Shown here: piece after piece, positions 1 to 10,718 of the stretch | How positions within the stretch are numbered: the first letter of the stretch is position 1 | Layout of the letters: each line of letters starts with the position of its first letter | Source: a phage | Direction: 5' to 3' (one strand) | Sequence record: PZ179880.1 | Length of the DNA stretch: 64,000 nt | Notes under the pieces: generated by a model | The model's database searches: none | The model's input: only the letters and a program-made list of their open reading frames with translations | What the model was told of the DNA's origin: nothing | Position numbers and translations under genes: made by a program

Positions 1-82
1 AGAATTTAGATGTAGTCAGTTCAGCAGTCATTTTAGAAGTGGAAGCTTTAATCAAACGGGATTTTAAATCTGCAATAGACAT
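1..82 (-). CDS. uvsX: RecA-like recombinase UvsX, N-terminal 27 codons only; gene continues past the window start
   Basis: Minus-strand ATG at 80-82; translation MSIADLKSRLIKASTSKMTAELTTSKF resembles the T4 UvsX N-terminus; position upstream of the beta-gt locus fits the T4 map. Confidence 0.7.
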   Translation of the reverse strand, partial: MSIADLKSRLIKASTSKMTAELTTSKF

Positions 83-159
83 TCATTTTTTCCATAGGCA
101 TCATTATATTTTCCTCACTGGTTAAAGATAGAGTAATTATAACACAATAAATTTAGGCA

Positions 160-1008
160 TTAATCAACTGCTATCGGATGAATAGCATTAAACTTATGAA
201 ATGCTTCTGATTTTTCTTTGCGCGAAACACACATGCGAAGAACCTTTAATGGCTCGTCTTCTTCACCCAACGATTTTCGTTTTTCGATATTAGAAGTTTT
301 CCAACGAGCTTGCTCTGGAAACTCTCTATTGATTTGCTCAAGCGCTCTATTATGTTTAGAATTACTACGAATTGAACTGCACCCGCCAGGAGCTTGTGCT
401 TTTCCAGATACAACCAGATATTTGAACAAGGCCAAATGCGGATAACCTTGATTAATTAAATTGAGAAATGCATACATATCTTCGCATAAATCAATTTTTC
501 CATACCCAATTTGTTCTGTTGTAAGTTTTCCAAGGTCATACCATGTATTCGTGAATCCATATGAATTTTCACGATAATTACCCCAAGATGAAGTAATTTT
601 AAAAATAGGTAGACGAGCATGGCCATGATAATACCCGCAATCCATGGCATCTTCAACGTATTGAATTAATTCATAGAACTGTTCACGGGTTAATTGATTA
701 ATTTTATCTACGCAGCGACGATCATCTTTCTTTCGCATTGAACTCATACGAATAGTAGTATCATCATCGATCATCCAAATTCGCTGACCTGCATACATAT
801 CAGTAATTGCTTTACGAGTTCCAGCAATTCCATTAACATCATCAGGAATAGTTATAATTTTAGCTCTAGACCCATAAGCGTCATAATAAGCTTTTTCTTC
901 GTGTTTACGTACTACAATATGAGGTTCATAATCAGATGGAAACATATCAAGGGCAGAAACTGCCCCTACGCGTTGATAGCTTGGAATTACGAATTGAATC
1001 ATTTCCAC
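160..1008 (-). CDS. Glycosyltransferase, GT-A-like with DxD motif (IWMIDDDTTI), at the locus where T4 carries beta-glucosyltransferase; possibly a beta-alpha-gt-like DNA-modifying enzyme
   Basis: 282 aa ORF between uvsX and gene 42; DDD motif typical of nucleotide-sugar transferases; no resemblance to T4 beta-gt as I recall it. Confidence 0.55.
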   Translation of the reverse strand: MEMIQFVIPSYQRVGAVSALDMFPSDYEPHIVVRKHEEKAYYDAYGSRAKIITIPDDVNGIAGTRKAITDMYAGQRIWMIDDDTTIRMSSMRKKDDRRCVDKINQLTREQFYELIQYVEDAMDCGYYHGHARLPIFKITSSWGNYRENSYGFTNTWYDLGKLTTEQIGYGKIDLCEDMYAFLNLINQGYPHLALFKYLVVSGKAQAPGGCSSIRSNSKHNRALEQINREFPEQARWKTSNIEKRKSLGEEDEPLKVLRMCVSRKEKSEAFHKFNAIHPIAVD

Positions 1009-1739
1009 TCACCGTTATAATCTTTTTTCGCAATATGAGTTTCGCCAGTTTTCCACCAATGGTCAACCAAGTAAAAATGACGGGAATACACATGAAGACT
1101 TCCGACATTCCATATAATGGAACCCGCTTTATACTGGCGAGTTGAATCACCTGCATTCAAATCAGATACTAATTTATCTAGTACGTATTTTTGCCACGCA
1201 TAATCATTGCGGAATCCGAAGACCACGTCATTTGAGCGCATGTTAACTACTGCATTGACTTTCTTATCACGAATCAGATACTGTACTGTATTCGTACACA
1301 TGAAATCTGACATACCATCTTTATTGTAGTCAAACTGCATGGATGGACGAGTATAAATCATGATACCACGCCGAGAATCAGGATTTTGACCAAGTTCAGC
1401 TAAACACATATCATACTGGGCATAGTTATCTTCTGACCAAATAGCCCAACCATAATTCGAGTTAATTTCGCCTTTAGAAGATGCTACCTGCTGCCAAATC
1501 TTTGGTGTTTCACCTGGAATATCTTTAACAAACAAGCTCTTAGATTTATACCATTCAAGTTCGCGCTGAATGTATTCATCATTAAGAGCACCAAAAATAA
1601 ACGGTTCATCTGCTACAAATGATGCGCCAATAATTTCAATAGTTTTAACACCAGTTTTATCAACTACGAAATCTTTTTCTTTTAATGCAAGCCCCAAATG
1701 AAGACGGATTTCTTCAACTGTCATAGAGTCATTAATCAT
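999..1739 (-). CDS. 42: dCMP hydroxymethylase
   Basis: 246 aa, near-identical to remembered T4 gp42 (MI.DSMTVEEIRLHLGLALKEKDFVVDKTG...). Confidence 0.95.
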   Translation of the reverse strand: MINDSMTVEEIRLHLGLALKEKDFVVDKTGVKTIEIIGASFVADEPFIFGALNDEYIQRELEWYKSKSLFVKDIPGETPKIWQQVASSKGEINSNYGWAIWSEDNYAQYDMCLAELGQNPDSRRGIMIYTRPSMQFDYNKDGMSDFMCTNTVQYLIRDKKVNAVVNMRSNDVVFGFRNDYAWQKYVLDKLVSDLNAGDSTRQYKAGSIIWNVGSLHVYSRHFYLVDHWWKTGETHIAKKDYNGEWK

Positions 1740-1892
1740 TTAAACCTCAATTGATACATTCATATTTAACTTGTAACAGTAATAAACTCCACCCTATAAT
1801 AAGCGTTGGAATCATAAGAGGAACCGTTACACTATAGTATATACTTATTATAATCATCAAGATTAAAAGCAACACTGCTATAATTTTGCTTT

Positions 1893-2144
1893 TCATTCCT
1901 TCTCTCTGATGATAATTACTTGGTTTTGCTGTGCAGATTTTTTAGTTTCACCCGCAATTGACCAAATAAATGTAATAAACCAACCAATAATTGACCAGTT
2001 AAACAGTAAAGATGTGAAAAAGATTCCTACTGTCGATTTTGACCCACGCATCAAGGCGATGAACCATGGAAGCATGTATATAATAATAGCCAACACGCCT
2101 GAAACTAAAACCATAAAAATTGAACCTGCTACTAAAGTTTCCAT
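1893..2144 (-). CDS. imm: Superinfection immunity membrane protein Imm
   Basis: 83 aa, two hydrophobic segments, T4 position between 42 and 43. Confidence 0.85.
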   Translation of the reverse strand: METLVAGSIFMVLVSGVLAIIIYMLPWFIALMRGSKSTVGIFFTSLLFNWSIIGWFITFIWSIAGETKKSAQQNQVIIIREKE

Positions 2145-2151
2145 GTTTTCC

Positions 2152-2544
2152 TCACTTAGTCAAATTTTTTACACATGAATTATAAGAATTCACTACATAC
2201 TCCATCGGAGCATTTTTACCAGTACGCCATTGGTAATTATTAGCCCAATTAGCCCAAAGTTCAGCGCAGTAATTTTCAATTTTTTCTTCGCGTGTAATTA
2301 CATCCGAATTACGATATGCTTGAGCAGATTCATCTGGACGAATAGCTTCGTCAAAATTCGCCTGCATTTGTTCTACTGTCTGTTTTGGAGCTTCTTTATA
2401 ACACTTGACATTAGGATTATAAAATTTGCTTGAACAGTTTACAATTTTTCCTACATCAGACTGATTTACTACCGGTCCTTGAGCTACACAACCAGTAAGA
2501 CCTAATGCAATAACCAAAATAGCGATTTTCATTTCATTCTCCAA
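2152..2544 (-). CDS. Predicted lipoprotein (imm.1-like)
   Basis: 130 aa; signal peptide with lipobox LTGC; downstream of an early promoter. Confidence 0.6.
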   Translation of the reverse strand: MENEMKIAILVIALGLTGCVAQGPVVNQSDVGKIVNCSSKFYNPNVKCYKEAPKQTVEQMQANFDEAIRPDESAQAYRNSDVITREEKIENYCAELWANWANNYQWRTGKNAPMEYVVNSYNSCVKNLTK

Positions 2545-2569
2545 ATCCGTATCAGTAGTTGATAGTTGT

Positions 2570-2599
2570 ATAGTACCATGGAAGAACAGGGATGTAAAC
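2570..2599 (-). promoter_or_regulatory. Early sigma70-type promoter
   Basis: Minus strand GTTTAC - 18 bp - TACTAT preceded by TGG. Confidence 0.6.
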
Positions 2600-2716
2600 A
2601 GTTTTGTGAAAAAAATTTTAGGGAATCCAAAGGGTCCAGAATCATCTCTTTTTCATAAGTATAGATTTATATTACTTGTATGAAAAAGGGACCTGGAGGT
2701 CCCTAGATTTATTCTA

Positions 2717-5413
2717 TCAGCCAAACAGGAAGTCTAACGAAGCTTTTTCTTCATAGTCCATACCTGCCGATTCACACATACCCGCAAGCGGTTTAACAAA
2801 CGATTTTTGGAACAAAGTTGAGTAGTCAATCCAAGCCAGTACATCAGAACGAATTTCTTTTGGAAGTTCCGTACCCGATGGCCAAGCAATGCACTTGTCA
2901 CCAAATGGATTTCCCTCACGTAATGGAAGAACCATTACCTTATTTCCATCCAAAATTGGAGCTACACCTAAACCACTAACAGCTCGACGATAAGTTAGCA
3001 CACCGCGAATGTGGAACGGGCATTTAAATCCTGGCCAACCTTTATCATCATATTTCGCTATATCATTCGCAGTTTTTACTTCAGCAATAACTTTATAGTC
3101 AAGTTGACGATATTCTTTCTCAAAGTTCTTGTAGTATTCTTGGACAGACTCTTCGCCTTCCTGAAGAATACGACGAATACTTTCTTCGAGAGCTTCTTGT
3201 ACTGCTTTTGGTGTTGAACTCTGCTGAGTTTCCATACCCATGATTTTTAGATGTGGTTCAGCAAATCGCTTATCTTCCATATCATAAACGTTTAGAGCAT
3301 AACGTTTTTTCGCTTTCCAAAATCCACCAACACCCTTTGAACCAAGCGGAGGACAAGAAATAGCTTCACGGTCCATATGCATCAGATGCTCGCGGTTATT
3401 CATATAATCACATAACTCACGATATGCAACATCAATCATAGGTTCCATCTTTTTCTTACCGAACTGATTCATGAATTCAACTAAATCATTTTGTTCTTTA
3501 AAGCGGTCAAGACCTACTTTTTCAATTACTTTATCTACACAAACATATACCGAATCAGTATCACCTGCTGCGATGAAATCTTCACCATCAGTTCCACATA
3601 CTTTATTCAGATATTCATTAATTTTACGAGCAATCCACTGAATACCAACTTGACCAAAAATTGTGATAGCAGTAGCATTTCGCAAATCATAATAGCGGAA
3701 ATGAATGTTACCAAGAGCACCATAAAGACTGTTAATAAGAATTTTACGGTTCAGCTGATTTGTGTTAGCAAGTGTAGCTGCTTTTTCACATTCTTCGATC
3801 AGACTATTAAGAACAGATTCGGTGTAATTCGATAATTCATTTAAGAAATCATCATTGAACTTAACATATCGTTCAACTTCTGGTTTAGTTGAGCAAGACC
3901 CTGCGCCTTTCATAATAATCTTTTTAATAGCTTCGGCATTCATTTCTTCAGCGAACATTTTCTTTTTCCAATCTTTACGCTGGAAAAATACTTTAGCGAT
4001 TTCCTTTGGAATGATACCTTCTTGATGCTTATCGTACATCCATCCATTCGGGGAACAAGAGTACTCATCACTTGGCTTAGGAGCGGTTCCTGCGATATAT
4101 TCATGAATTGGATGAACTTTAAACTGTCCACGAATAGTTTCAGGACTAATGTTAACCTGACGAATAATGCTAGGATACAGAGACGTCAAGTCAAAACTCA
4201 TAATGTATCGACGAGCAATCGGTTTAGGTTCAAATACAAACGCACCTGGAAAACTCTGTTTAACGTGCGAACCTTGTTGAGGAATAACCTTATGTTCACC
4301 TTTCAATGAGTTAAAAATAATAGCATCCCAAGTTTTAATAGGACTCATTACACCAGAAAAAGGCATTTTAGCGTAATAAGACATACTTAAAACTAGATCG
4401 ATAAACCCACGAATTTTATCAATTGCTTGAACTGATTCTACGTCAATGATGTTATAGCTAATGTATCGTTGATGATTAGTCTCACGAAGTTTATTAATAG
4501 GACCATCATACGGTAATTTACCTTTTTTGGTTTCATGTTGAGCAACTGATTCCAAAGAGAATGATGGCAAATTAGTAAATGCGAATTTCTTGTACAAATC
4601 TAAATAATCAAGAATAGATACGCCATCAATAGAATAAATTTCTTTGCTACCGTACATATTTTGAATTAGTTTAGATTTTACTCGACCGATTGGAGAGAAG
4701 CGTTTCATACTACGTTCACCGAGAACCATTTTAACACGATTCATGATATACGGAACGTCAAATCCCTCAATATTCCAACCGGTAAAAATAGCAGGTCGTT
4801 TCTGTTCCCAGAGATTAATATATTCCATGAGCATATCACGCTCATTATCAAATGGCATATAAATTACTCGGTCAAGAATTTCTTGAGGAACTTCATCACC
4901 ACCTTCACAGTCAAGCTTAGCAGCTAACTTTGCATCCCATTTTGATACTGAACCGTACATTGAATTCAACAAATCAAAGACGTAAAAACGGTCGTCAATT
5001 GAATCATAATGAGTGATAGCATCAATTTCATATTCTGCTTTCATTGGGTCAGGAAATTTATCGCCAGTAACCTCAATGTCACAGTTAGCTACACGAACAA
5101 ATTTTCGGTCATAAACAATTTCTGAACCATATGTATCACTGATATAAGCGAGTTTAAAATCGTTCATACCGAGAGCTTCGAGACCGATGTCTTCCATTCG
5201 TTTCATCCAATCTCGGGCATCTTTCATTGATGGAAATTTTTGAGGAGCGCAGTTTTTACCGTAAATGTCTTTGTATTTTGATTCTTCCTTACAATGTCTA
5301 AACATAGTCGGAAGATATTCTACTTCACGAGTACGTTCCTTTCCATTTTCATCAATATAACGTTCAACAATATTATTTCCGACTGTTTCGATAGAGATAT
5401 AAAATTCTTTCAT
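2717..5413 (-). CDS. 43: DNA polymerase (family B) with 3'-5' exonuclease
   Basis: 898 aa, matches T4 gp43 length and sequence (MKEFYISIETVGNNIVERYID...). Confidence 0.97.
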   Translation of the reverse strand: MKEFYISIETVGNNIVERYIDENGKERTREVEYLPTMFRHCKEESKYKDIYGKNCAPQKFPSMKDARDWMKRMEDIGLEALGMNDFKLAYISDTYGSEIVYDRKFVRVANCDIEVTGDKFPDPMKAEYEIDAITHYDSIDDRFYVFDLLNSMYGSVSKWDAKLAAKLDCEGGDEVPQEILDRVIYMPFDNERDMLMEYINLWEQKRPAIFTGWNIEGFDVPYIMNRVKMVLGERSMKRFSPIGRVKSKLIQNMYGSKEIYSIDGVSILDYLDLYKKFAFTNLPSFSLESVAQHETKKGKLPYDGPINKLRETNHQRYISYNIIDVESVQAIDKIRGFIDLVLSMSYYAKMPFSGVMSPIKTWDAIIFNSLKGEHKVIPQQGSHVKQSFPGAFVFEPKPIARRYIMSFDLTSLYPSIIRQVNISPETIRGQFKVHPIHEYIAGTAPKPSDEYSCSPNGWMYDKHQEGIIPKEIAKVFFQRKDWKKKMFAEEMNAEAIKKIIMKGAGSCSTKPEVERYVKFNDDFLNELSNYTESVLNSLIEECEKAATLANTNQLNRKILINSLYGALGNIHFRYYDLRNATAITIFGQVGIQWIARKINEYLNKVCGTDGEDFIAAGDTDSVYVCVDKVIEKVGLDRFKEQNDLVEFMNQFGKKKMEPMIDVAYRELCDYMNNREHLMHMDREAISCPPLGSKGVGGFWKAKKRYALNVYDMEDKRFAEPHLKIMGMETQQSSTPKAVQEALEESIRRILQEGEESVQEYYKNFEKEYRQLDYKVIAEVKTANDIAKYDDKGWPGFKCPFHIRGVLTYRRAVSGLGVAPILDGNKVMVLPLREGNPFGDKCIAWPSGTELPKEIRSDVLAWIDYSTLFQKSFVKPLAGMCESAGMDYEEKASLDFLFG

Positions 5414-5473
5414 AGATATTCCTTAGTTTATAGCCCGAGTTATTAGGCTCTTGATATATTATACTCCAAATAA

Positions 5474-5487
5474 GGGGCCGAAGCCCC
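5474..5487 (-). promoter_or_regulatory. Intergenic UUCG-tetraloop RNA hairpin between regA and gene 43
   Basis: Plus GGGGC-CGAA-GCCCC; minus-strand RNA GGGGC-UUCG-GCCCC followed by a U-rich tract. Confidence 0.55.
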
Positions 5488-5492
5488 CTTGC

Positions 5493-5861
5493 TTAATTAC
5501 CAATCGTATATTTGGGAACGAGTTTCCATTCATGTTTTTGCTTAAAAGAAATAACTCGGAAGTTATTAGTTAAATCTTTCATAAAAGTTCTTTGACCGGG
5601 AGCGATTTCAATCAGTCCCCAATCTTCTAACAGCCATGCAATCGAATCACGACGAACTTCATCTTCTTCTGTCATTTCAACCTGGCGACCATCCATACGA
5701 AGCATTTCTTTAAAATGAACGATATAGTATAGTCCTTTTTTCTGGAGAATATGACAGGATTGATACAGAACTTTATCTTTATTATTAGCAATTCCCATAC
5801 GAGTCAAAGTTTCTTTTACTTTCAGAAAATCTTCAGGTTTTTTAAGAGTAATTTCAATCAT
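5493..5861 (-). CDS. regA: Translational repressor RegA
   Basis: 122 aa, matches T4 RegA. Confidence 0.95.
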   Translation of the reverse strand: MIEITLKKPEDFLKVKETLTRMGIANNKDKVLYQSCHILQKKGLYYIVHFKEMLRMDGRQVEMTEEDEVRRDSIAWLLEDWGLIEIAPGQRTFMKDLTNNFRVISFKQKHEWKLVPKYTIGN

Positions 5862-5862
5862 T

Positions 5863-6426
5863 TTACCATTCCAATGCTAGTTTTTTGAGTTGTTTCTGTT
5901 CTTTTACGTTCTTAGTCACTTCTTTCAAAAAATCATCCGTGACTAAACCTTTTAGTTCTTTTAATACTAAAGGAAGTTTTCCATTTTTAGTAAGAATTGA
6001 TTTATAGTTAATTGCATCATTTGTATTAACTTGATACCGCTTAGCAAGTAACTTAATAATCAATACTTCGGTAGAATCTTCAACCAGTTTTGCCCATTTA
6101 CCATATCTTTTACCCCGAGGAACAGCAGCCATCAGATAATTAAAATGGGCTTCATCACTTAAACCTGATCCAATTAAATTCATAGCATATACAGCTGGCA
6201 TGCATTCAGGAAATTGTGATAATGCATTCTCAACCATGTATTTTGAATAATCTTTTTGAGCAATAGAGCATTTAGTTTTATTATTAATAGCTCCAATTAT
6301 TTCAAAAAATTCATTTTCAGCTTTTTCTTTAAAAGAATCAGCAGCGGATTGGACAGCTGTCCAATCTTTTGAATACCAAGCAACTTGATGCTCGTTTAAT
6401 TGAATATCATCTTCAAATAAGCTCAT
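5863..6426 (-). CDS. 62: Clamp loader small subunit gp62
   Basis: Start trimmed to internal ATG ([14 protein letters not shown]...) giving 187 aa as in T4; start sits 1 nt after the gene 44 stop. Confidence 0.9.
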   Translation of the reverse strand: MSLFEDDIQLNEHQVAWYSKDWTAVQSAADSFKEKAENEFFEIIGAINNKTKCSIAQKDYSKYMVENALSQFPECMPAVYAMNLIGSGLSDEAHFNYLMAAVPRGKRYGKWAKLVEDSTEVLIIKLLAKRYQVNTNDAINYKSILTKNGKLPLVLKELKGLVTDDFLKEVTKNVKEQKQLKKLALEW

Positions 6427-6427
6427 A

Positions 6428-7387
6428 TCACTTCCACTGCATTTCACATGCCAATTGAATGAAAAGATATGCTAAATGTAATTCAGTATTAGCCGCAATT
6501 CCATGATACTGGTTATTTTCACCAACAATTTCATACATACGAATAATACTTTGCGGAGTTACGCGTGTATAGATTTCTTCGGCAAGTTTACCTACGAACC
6601 ACGAATAATCAGCTGCATATTTTGGTGCTAAAGCTCTGAGCTGTTTAACATCTTTATTTTTGAGAGACTCAAGAACATCATCAATAGCACCACGATCGTT
6701 AGTAACCAGTGATAAAATACCAGCATCCAAAACACCTTTAGATGAATAACTATCGAGCTCACCAATAGTTTTACGAAAATCAGGAAAATTCTTTTTAACC
6801 AAAGCTGCTACAACTTTCATATCAGCTATAGCAATTCCTTCATGCTTACAGATTTCAGTCAATCGACGAATCATCTGCTTCATCATTTCAATTTTATCTT
6901 CATCGGTCGGTTGACCGAACGTAATAACTCGGCAGCGTGACTGAAGTGGTTTAATAATACCATCAATATTATTAGCAGTAATAATAATACTACAGTTTGA
7001 ACTATAAGCTTCCATAAAGGAACGAAGATGTCGCTGAGACTCTGCTAATCCTGAGCGGTCAAATTCATCAATAACGATTACTTTTTGACGACCATCAAAT
7101 GAAGCGGCGCTGGCAAAATTAGTCAAAGGACCGCGAACGAAATCAATTTTACAATCTGATCCATTCACAAACATCATATCAGCATTTACATCATGACACA
7201 ATGCTTTTGCTACAGTTGTTTTACCTGTTCCTGGAGAAGGAGAATGAAGAATAATATGTGGAATCTTACCTTTACTTGTAATAGATTTAAAGGTTTCTTT
7301 ATCAAAGGCGGGAAGAATACATTCATCGATAGTAGATGGACGATATTTCTGTTCAAGAATGTGTTCTTTTTCATTTACGGTAATCAT
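6428..7387 (-). CDS. 44: Clamp loader ATPase subunit gp44
   Basis: Walker A GTGKTT; start trimmed to [17 protein letters not shown] (319 aa as in T4). Confidence 0.93.
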   Translation of the reverse strand: MITVNEKEHILEQKYRPSTIDECILPAFDKETFKSITSKGKIPHIILHSPSPGTGKTTVAKALCHDVNADMMFVNGSDCKIDFVRGPLTNFASAASFDGRQKVIVIDEFDRSGLAESQRHLRSFMEAYSSNCSIIITANNIDGIIKPLQSRCRVITFGQPTDEDKIEMMKQMIRRLTEICKHEGIAIADMKVVAALVKKNFPDFRKTIGELDSYSSKGVLDAGILSLVTNDRGAIDDVLESLKNKDVKQLRALAPKYAADYSWFVGKLAEEIYTRVTPQSIIRMYEIVGENNQYHGIAANTELHLAYLFIQLACEMQWK

Positions 7388-7438
7388 AATTTCCTCATTC
7401 AAGTTTTAGTGTAAATTATAAAGGGCCGAAGCCCTTTA

Positions 7439-8125
7439 TTAAAAATCGTGGGTAGAATCAGCTTCAAGAGCTACCACATAATTCGCGTGTTCACCTTCAA
7501 ATTTAGCAGCACCTTGTTTACCTTTTGCCCAGAGCAGAAGTTTATAATTTCCTGGTTGCATTTTCATATTTGCCATATTGATAATGAAATTAAATGTATT
7601 TTCACCATCATAATCACCAAGAGTCAAAGAATATTTAACACGGGTCAAAGCAGAATCTTCTACTTTATTAAAACCGTTAATTACGATTTTACCTTCTTTT
7701 ACTGTGATAGCAATTGTATCAATCTGCAGACCGCGAGATACACGCAACAGCTGTTGAAGGTCTTCAGCTTTAATTTCAGTAACAACAGATGCTACCGGGA
7801 ATGGAATTGGTTTATTAGGAGCAACTACTGTACTCGGATCGGCTGCTGGCCAAAAAATTGTTGAGCGGGCATCAGCAATTTTAATATTTCCATCTTCTGA
7901 CTGGGAAATTTCTGCATCATCATTAACTAGAGACAGAATACCGAGAAAACCGTTCAAATCGTAAATCGCTACATCAAAATCAATAGTGTCAGAAATATTT
8001 GCTTCTGCATAAGTTGTACCATTAACTGCGCGAGTCATAATAAATTGACCAGATTTAAGCATAATACCGGAGTTAATAGTAGCGAAATTTTTAAGCAGAG
8101 CAGTAGTATCTTTAGACAGTTTCAT
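7439..8125 (-). CDS. 45: Sliding clamp gp45
   Basis: 228 aa, matches T4 gp45. Confidence 0.95.
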   Translation of the reverse strand: MKLSKDTTALLKNFATINSGIMLKSGQFIMTRAVNGTTYAEANISDTIDFDVAIYDLNGFLGILSLVNDDAEISQSEDGNIKIADARSTIFWPAADPSTVVAPNKPIPFPVASVVTEIKAEDLQQLLRVSRGLQIDTIAITVKEGKIVINGFNKVEDSALTRVKYSLTLGDYDGENTFNFIINMANMKMQPGNYKLLLWAKGKQGAAKFEGEHANYVVALEADSTHDF

Positions 8126-8180
8126 GTAATTTCCTTCAATTCAAATGAGATTTAATTTTATAACTAATTTAATAAAGCAA

Positions 8181-8570
8181 TTAACGATTAAAATCAGCAG
8201 CAATTGTTTCCGCAACAATTTGAGCAGCAACAATTAGACGTTCATCTGCATTGCCGCAATATTCATCTTCAAGGCGTTCACCACATGAAGTCATAATAAA
8301 TTTAGCACCGGCGTTTAGAGATTCTGTAGTATGTTTGCGCATTAGTTCAATCCATTTATTACTTACTTCACGATCGATAGCTTCATAATACGCATGACGA
8401 GCAGGTGCAGATTTAATTTTGCTCTGAATAACTTCCATTGCGTTATTAGAAAGAGACAAAACCCATGCTCGACGAATTTTATTTTGGTTTTGTGGATTTG
8501 ATTCAGAACGCACGTGTTTTGGCTGAATATCTTTTACATCAACAGTATAATTCACAGTAATTTTAGTCAT
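8181..8570 (-). CDS. rpbA: RNA polymerase-binding protein RpbA
   Basis: 129 aa, T4 position between 45 and 46. Confidence 0.85.
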   Translation of the reverse strand: MTKITVNYTVDVKDIQPKHVRSESNPQNQNKIRRAWVLSLSNNAMEVIQSKIKSAPARHAYYEAIDREVSNKWIELMRKHTTESLNAGAKFIMTSCGERLEDEYCGNADERLIVAAQIVAETIAADFNR

Positions 8571-8579
8571 AATACACCT

Positions 8580-8768
8580 TTAGTCATAATAATCAGTAAC
8601 AGTCCAAGCTTCATTTCTGTTGGACATTATTTTCGTATATTCTGATTTAAATGCATTCTTAAGCATAGATTCAGTAACTATATGCTCTTCATTAGAAAAA
8701 TTATTTCTCAGAATATATCGTTTTATTTCAGGAATAGTTAATAGATGCTGTCCAGTTGAATATTCCAT
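8580..8768 (-). CDS. Hypothetical protein (45.2-like)
   Basis: 62 aa ORF at the T4 45.2 position. Confidence 0.55.
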   Translation of the reverse strand: MEYSTGQHLLTIPEIKRYILRNNFSNEEHIVTESMLKNAFKSEYTKIMSNRNEAWTVTDYYD

Positions 8769-8823
8769 GTTTTTCCTCCATAGAGATTATACTCTAATAA
8801 ATTAAAGCATAATCTCTTATAAA

Positions 8824-10506
8824 TTAAACCATTACAGTAAATCGACCAACTTTCTTCATTTGAAGATGCTGACCATATTCTTGCGGGTCATGGTCTTTAT
8901 GCGAAATTATAAAAACATTAGTGTTTTTCATTGAATTTATAATATTAGCTACACCTTTAATACCTTCGGCATCAAATGACCCATCAAACACTTCATCAAG
9001 AATTAATGTACTAATACTAACACCAGATACGATAGAAGCAATATCACGCCAAGTAAATAAAAGAGCAATATCAATTCGTGCCTTTTCACCTTCACTAAAT
9101 GAAGCATAACTAAAATCTTCACGACCACGGGATTTAATTGTCTCATTAAATTCTTCATCTAATGTAAACACATAATCCGCTTCCATTATTTTAAGATAAT
9201 GGTTAATCTGCTTATTAAATAATGGAATGTACTTTTTAATAATAGCACCTTTAATACCAGAATCTTTGAGCATATCAGTCAAAATTCCTCGGTGGTATTT
9301 TTCCATTACTAAATTAGTTTTTGTCTTAACAATTTTATCAAGTTCTTCTTGAAGCAATGCTATTTCATCAGCATGGTCAATAAACTCGGATGATGCTTTT
9401 TCTATAGCTGCTTTAACTTTTTTAGCTTTATCTACCGTCGTGATTAAGGATTGCTTTTTATTGCGAATATCATTTGCCAACGACTGCTGGGTTTTAATAT
9501 TATCTCGGTATTCATCAACAAGAACTTTTAAATTATCACGGTGTGTTGAAAGCTGTTCAAACGAATGCGTACATTCAGAAACTTTATCTTTAATTTTAGA
9601 AACAACTTTATCACCGGAACTTAATTGTGACAAACAGGTTGGACATAATCCACCTTCGTGATACATATTAATGACTTTATTATACGAGTCAATTTTTGAT
9701 TTAATTAAAACTGCTTCTTGACCGATTTTATTAAATGCATCAGTCGGGTCTTCATCTAAAACAATATTAACTAATCTTTCATTAGCTTCTTCTATTTCCG
9801 ATTTTAGCGTTCTAGCTTCTTTTGCCAAATCATCATACATATTTTGAAGACGAGTAAGGTTGTCACCCGTTAATTTTTTCTGGCGTTCAACGTTATCATT
9901 ATATATTTTAATTTGTTGGATAATACTATCTTTTTTAACGTCAAGCACTTGGTTTTGTGAATTTAATTCACGTATTAGTGCTTTATTAAGCTTATCCATT
10001 TCAGCTAATGTTCCTACCTCAAGCAGGTCTTCCACAAGCTTTCTTCGCGCAGGGGTCGACAAACCCATGAAAGGGGTATACCCTGCTGTACCAAGGACAA
10101 CAATCTGCTTGAAACTGGCATATGACATTCCGATAAGCTGTTCAAATTCTGCTTGGAAATCTTTACTGCTGGCAGATTCATTAAGACGTGTACCGTTAAC
10201 GGTGATTTCGAAAACGTTTGGTTTTTGTCCTCTTTTGATATAGTACTTTTTCTCATCATATTCCATCCACAGTTCAACTAAAAGTTCTTTCTTATTTGTG
10301 CTGTTTATTAATTGGCCTTTCTTTACATCACGAAATGGCTTGCCAAAAAGCCCAAATGTGATGGCTTCTAACATAGTAGACTTACCACCGCCATTTCGTC
10401 CAGTAATAAGAGTTTTTTGAACCTTATCTAATTGAATGTCAATAGGATTTCCACCTACTGACATTATATTTTGATATCTAACTCGGTTTAGTTTAAAATT
10501 CTTCAC
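8824..10506 (-). CDS. 46: Recombination endonuclease subunit gp46 (Rad50/SbcC-like ATPase)
   Basis: 560 aa; Walker A GRNGGGKST, central coiled coil, C-terminal signature/Walker B. Confidence 0.95.
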   Translation of the reverse strand: MKNFKLNRVRYQNIMSVGGNPIDIQLDKVQKTLITGRNGGGKSTMLEAITFGLFGKPFRDVKKGQLINSTNKKELLVELWMEYDEKKYYIKRGQKPNVFEITVNGTRLNESASSKDFQAEFEQLIGMSYASFKQIVVLGTAGYTPFMGLSTPARRKLVEDLLEVGTLAEMDKLNKALIRELNSQNQVLDVKKDSIIQQIKIYNDNVERQKKLTGDNLTRLQNMYDDLAKEARTLKSEIEEANERLVNIVLDEDPTDAFNKIGQEAVLIKSKIDSYNKVINMYHEGGLCPTCLSQLSSGDKVVSKIKDKVSECTHSFEQLSTHRDNLKVLVDEYRDNIKTQQSLANDIRNKKQSLITTVDKAKKVKAAIEKASSEFIDHADEIALLQEELDKIVKTKTNLVMEKYHRGILTDMLKDSGIKGAIIKKYIPLFNKQINHYLKIMEADYVFTLDEEFNETIKSRGREDFSYASFSEGEKARIDIALLFTWRDIASIVSGVSISTLILDEVFDGSFDAEGIKGVANIINSMKNTNVFIISHKDHDPQEYGQHLQMKKVGRFTVMV

Positions 10507-10718
10507 AAAAGATTCCTTTTAATGTATCTTTTAGACCATTCTATCATATCATCATAATCTAAAAAGTATTCATCAAATTCAGCCATGCAAACAACGCCTT
10601 GTGCTGTTTTTGATGTAATATAAATTATTCCAACATATCTAGAATCTTCTTCGGTATAATCAATGTTTGCTATGAATTCATCATTAATGTCAAATGTCGA
10701 AAACTTCACAGTATGCAT
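10503..10718 (-). CDS. Hypothetical protein (46.1-like); start uncertain
   Basis: Small ORF between 46 and 47; ORF-track start 10766 would overlap the next ORF, so an internal Met is assumed. Confidence 0.4.
   Translation of the reverse strand: MHTVKFSTFDINDEFIANIDYTEEDSRYVGIIYITSKTAQGVVCMAEFDEYFLDYDDMIEWSKRYIKRNLL

Noticed and set aside
218-445. Plus-strand 75 aa ORF inside the minus-strand glycosyltransferase gene
   Set aside because: Fully embedded antisense in a confident CDS; typical shadow ORF. The same applies to other plus-strand ORFs in the minus-strand block (e.g. 3011-3217, 3491-3835, 7448-7864, 9860-10243, 17861-18085, 19478-19759, 38189-38578).
5455-5510. MotA-box middle promoter upstream of gene 43
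   Set aside because: A TATAAT-like element is present on the minus strand, but I could not find a convincing MotA box at -30 on the correct strand; the TTGCTTA seen is on the opposite strand.
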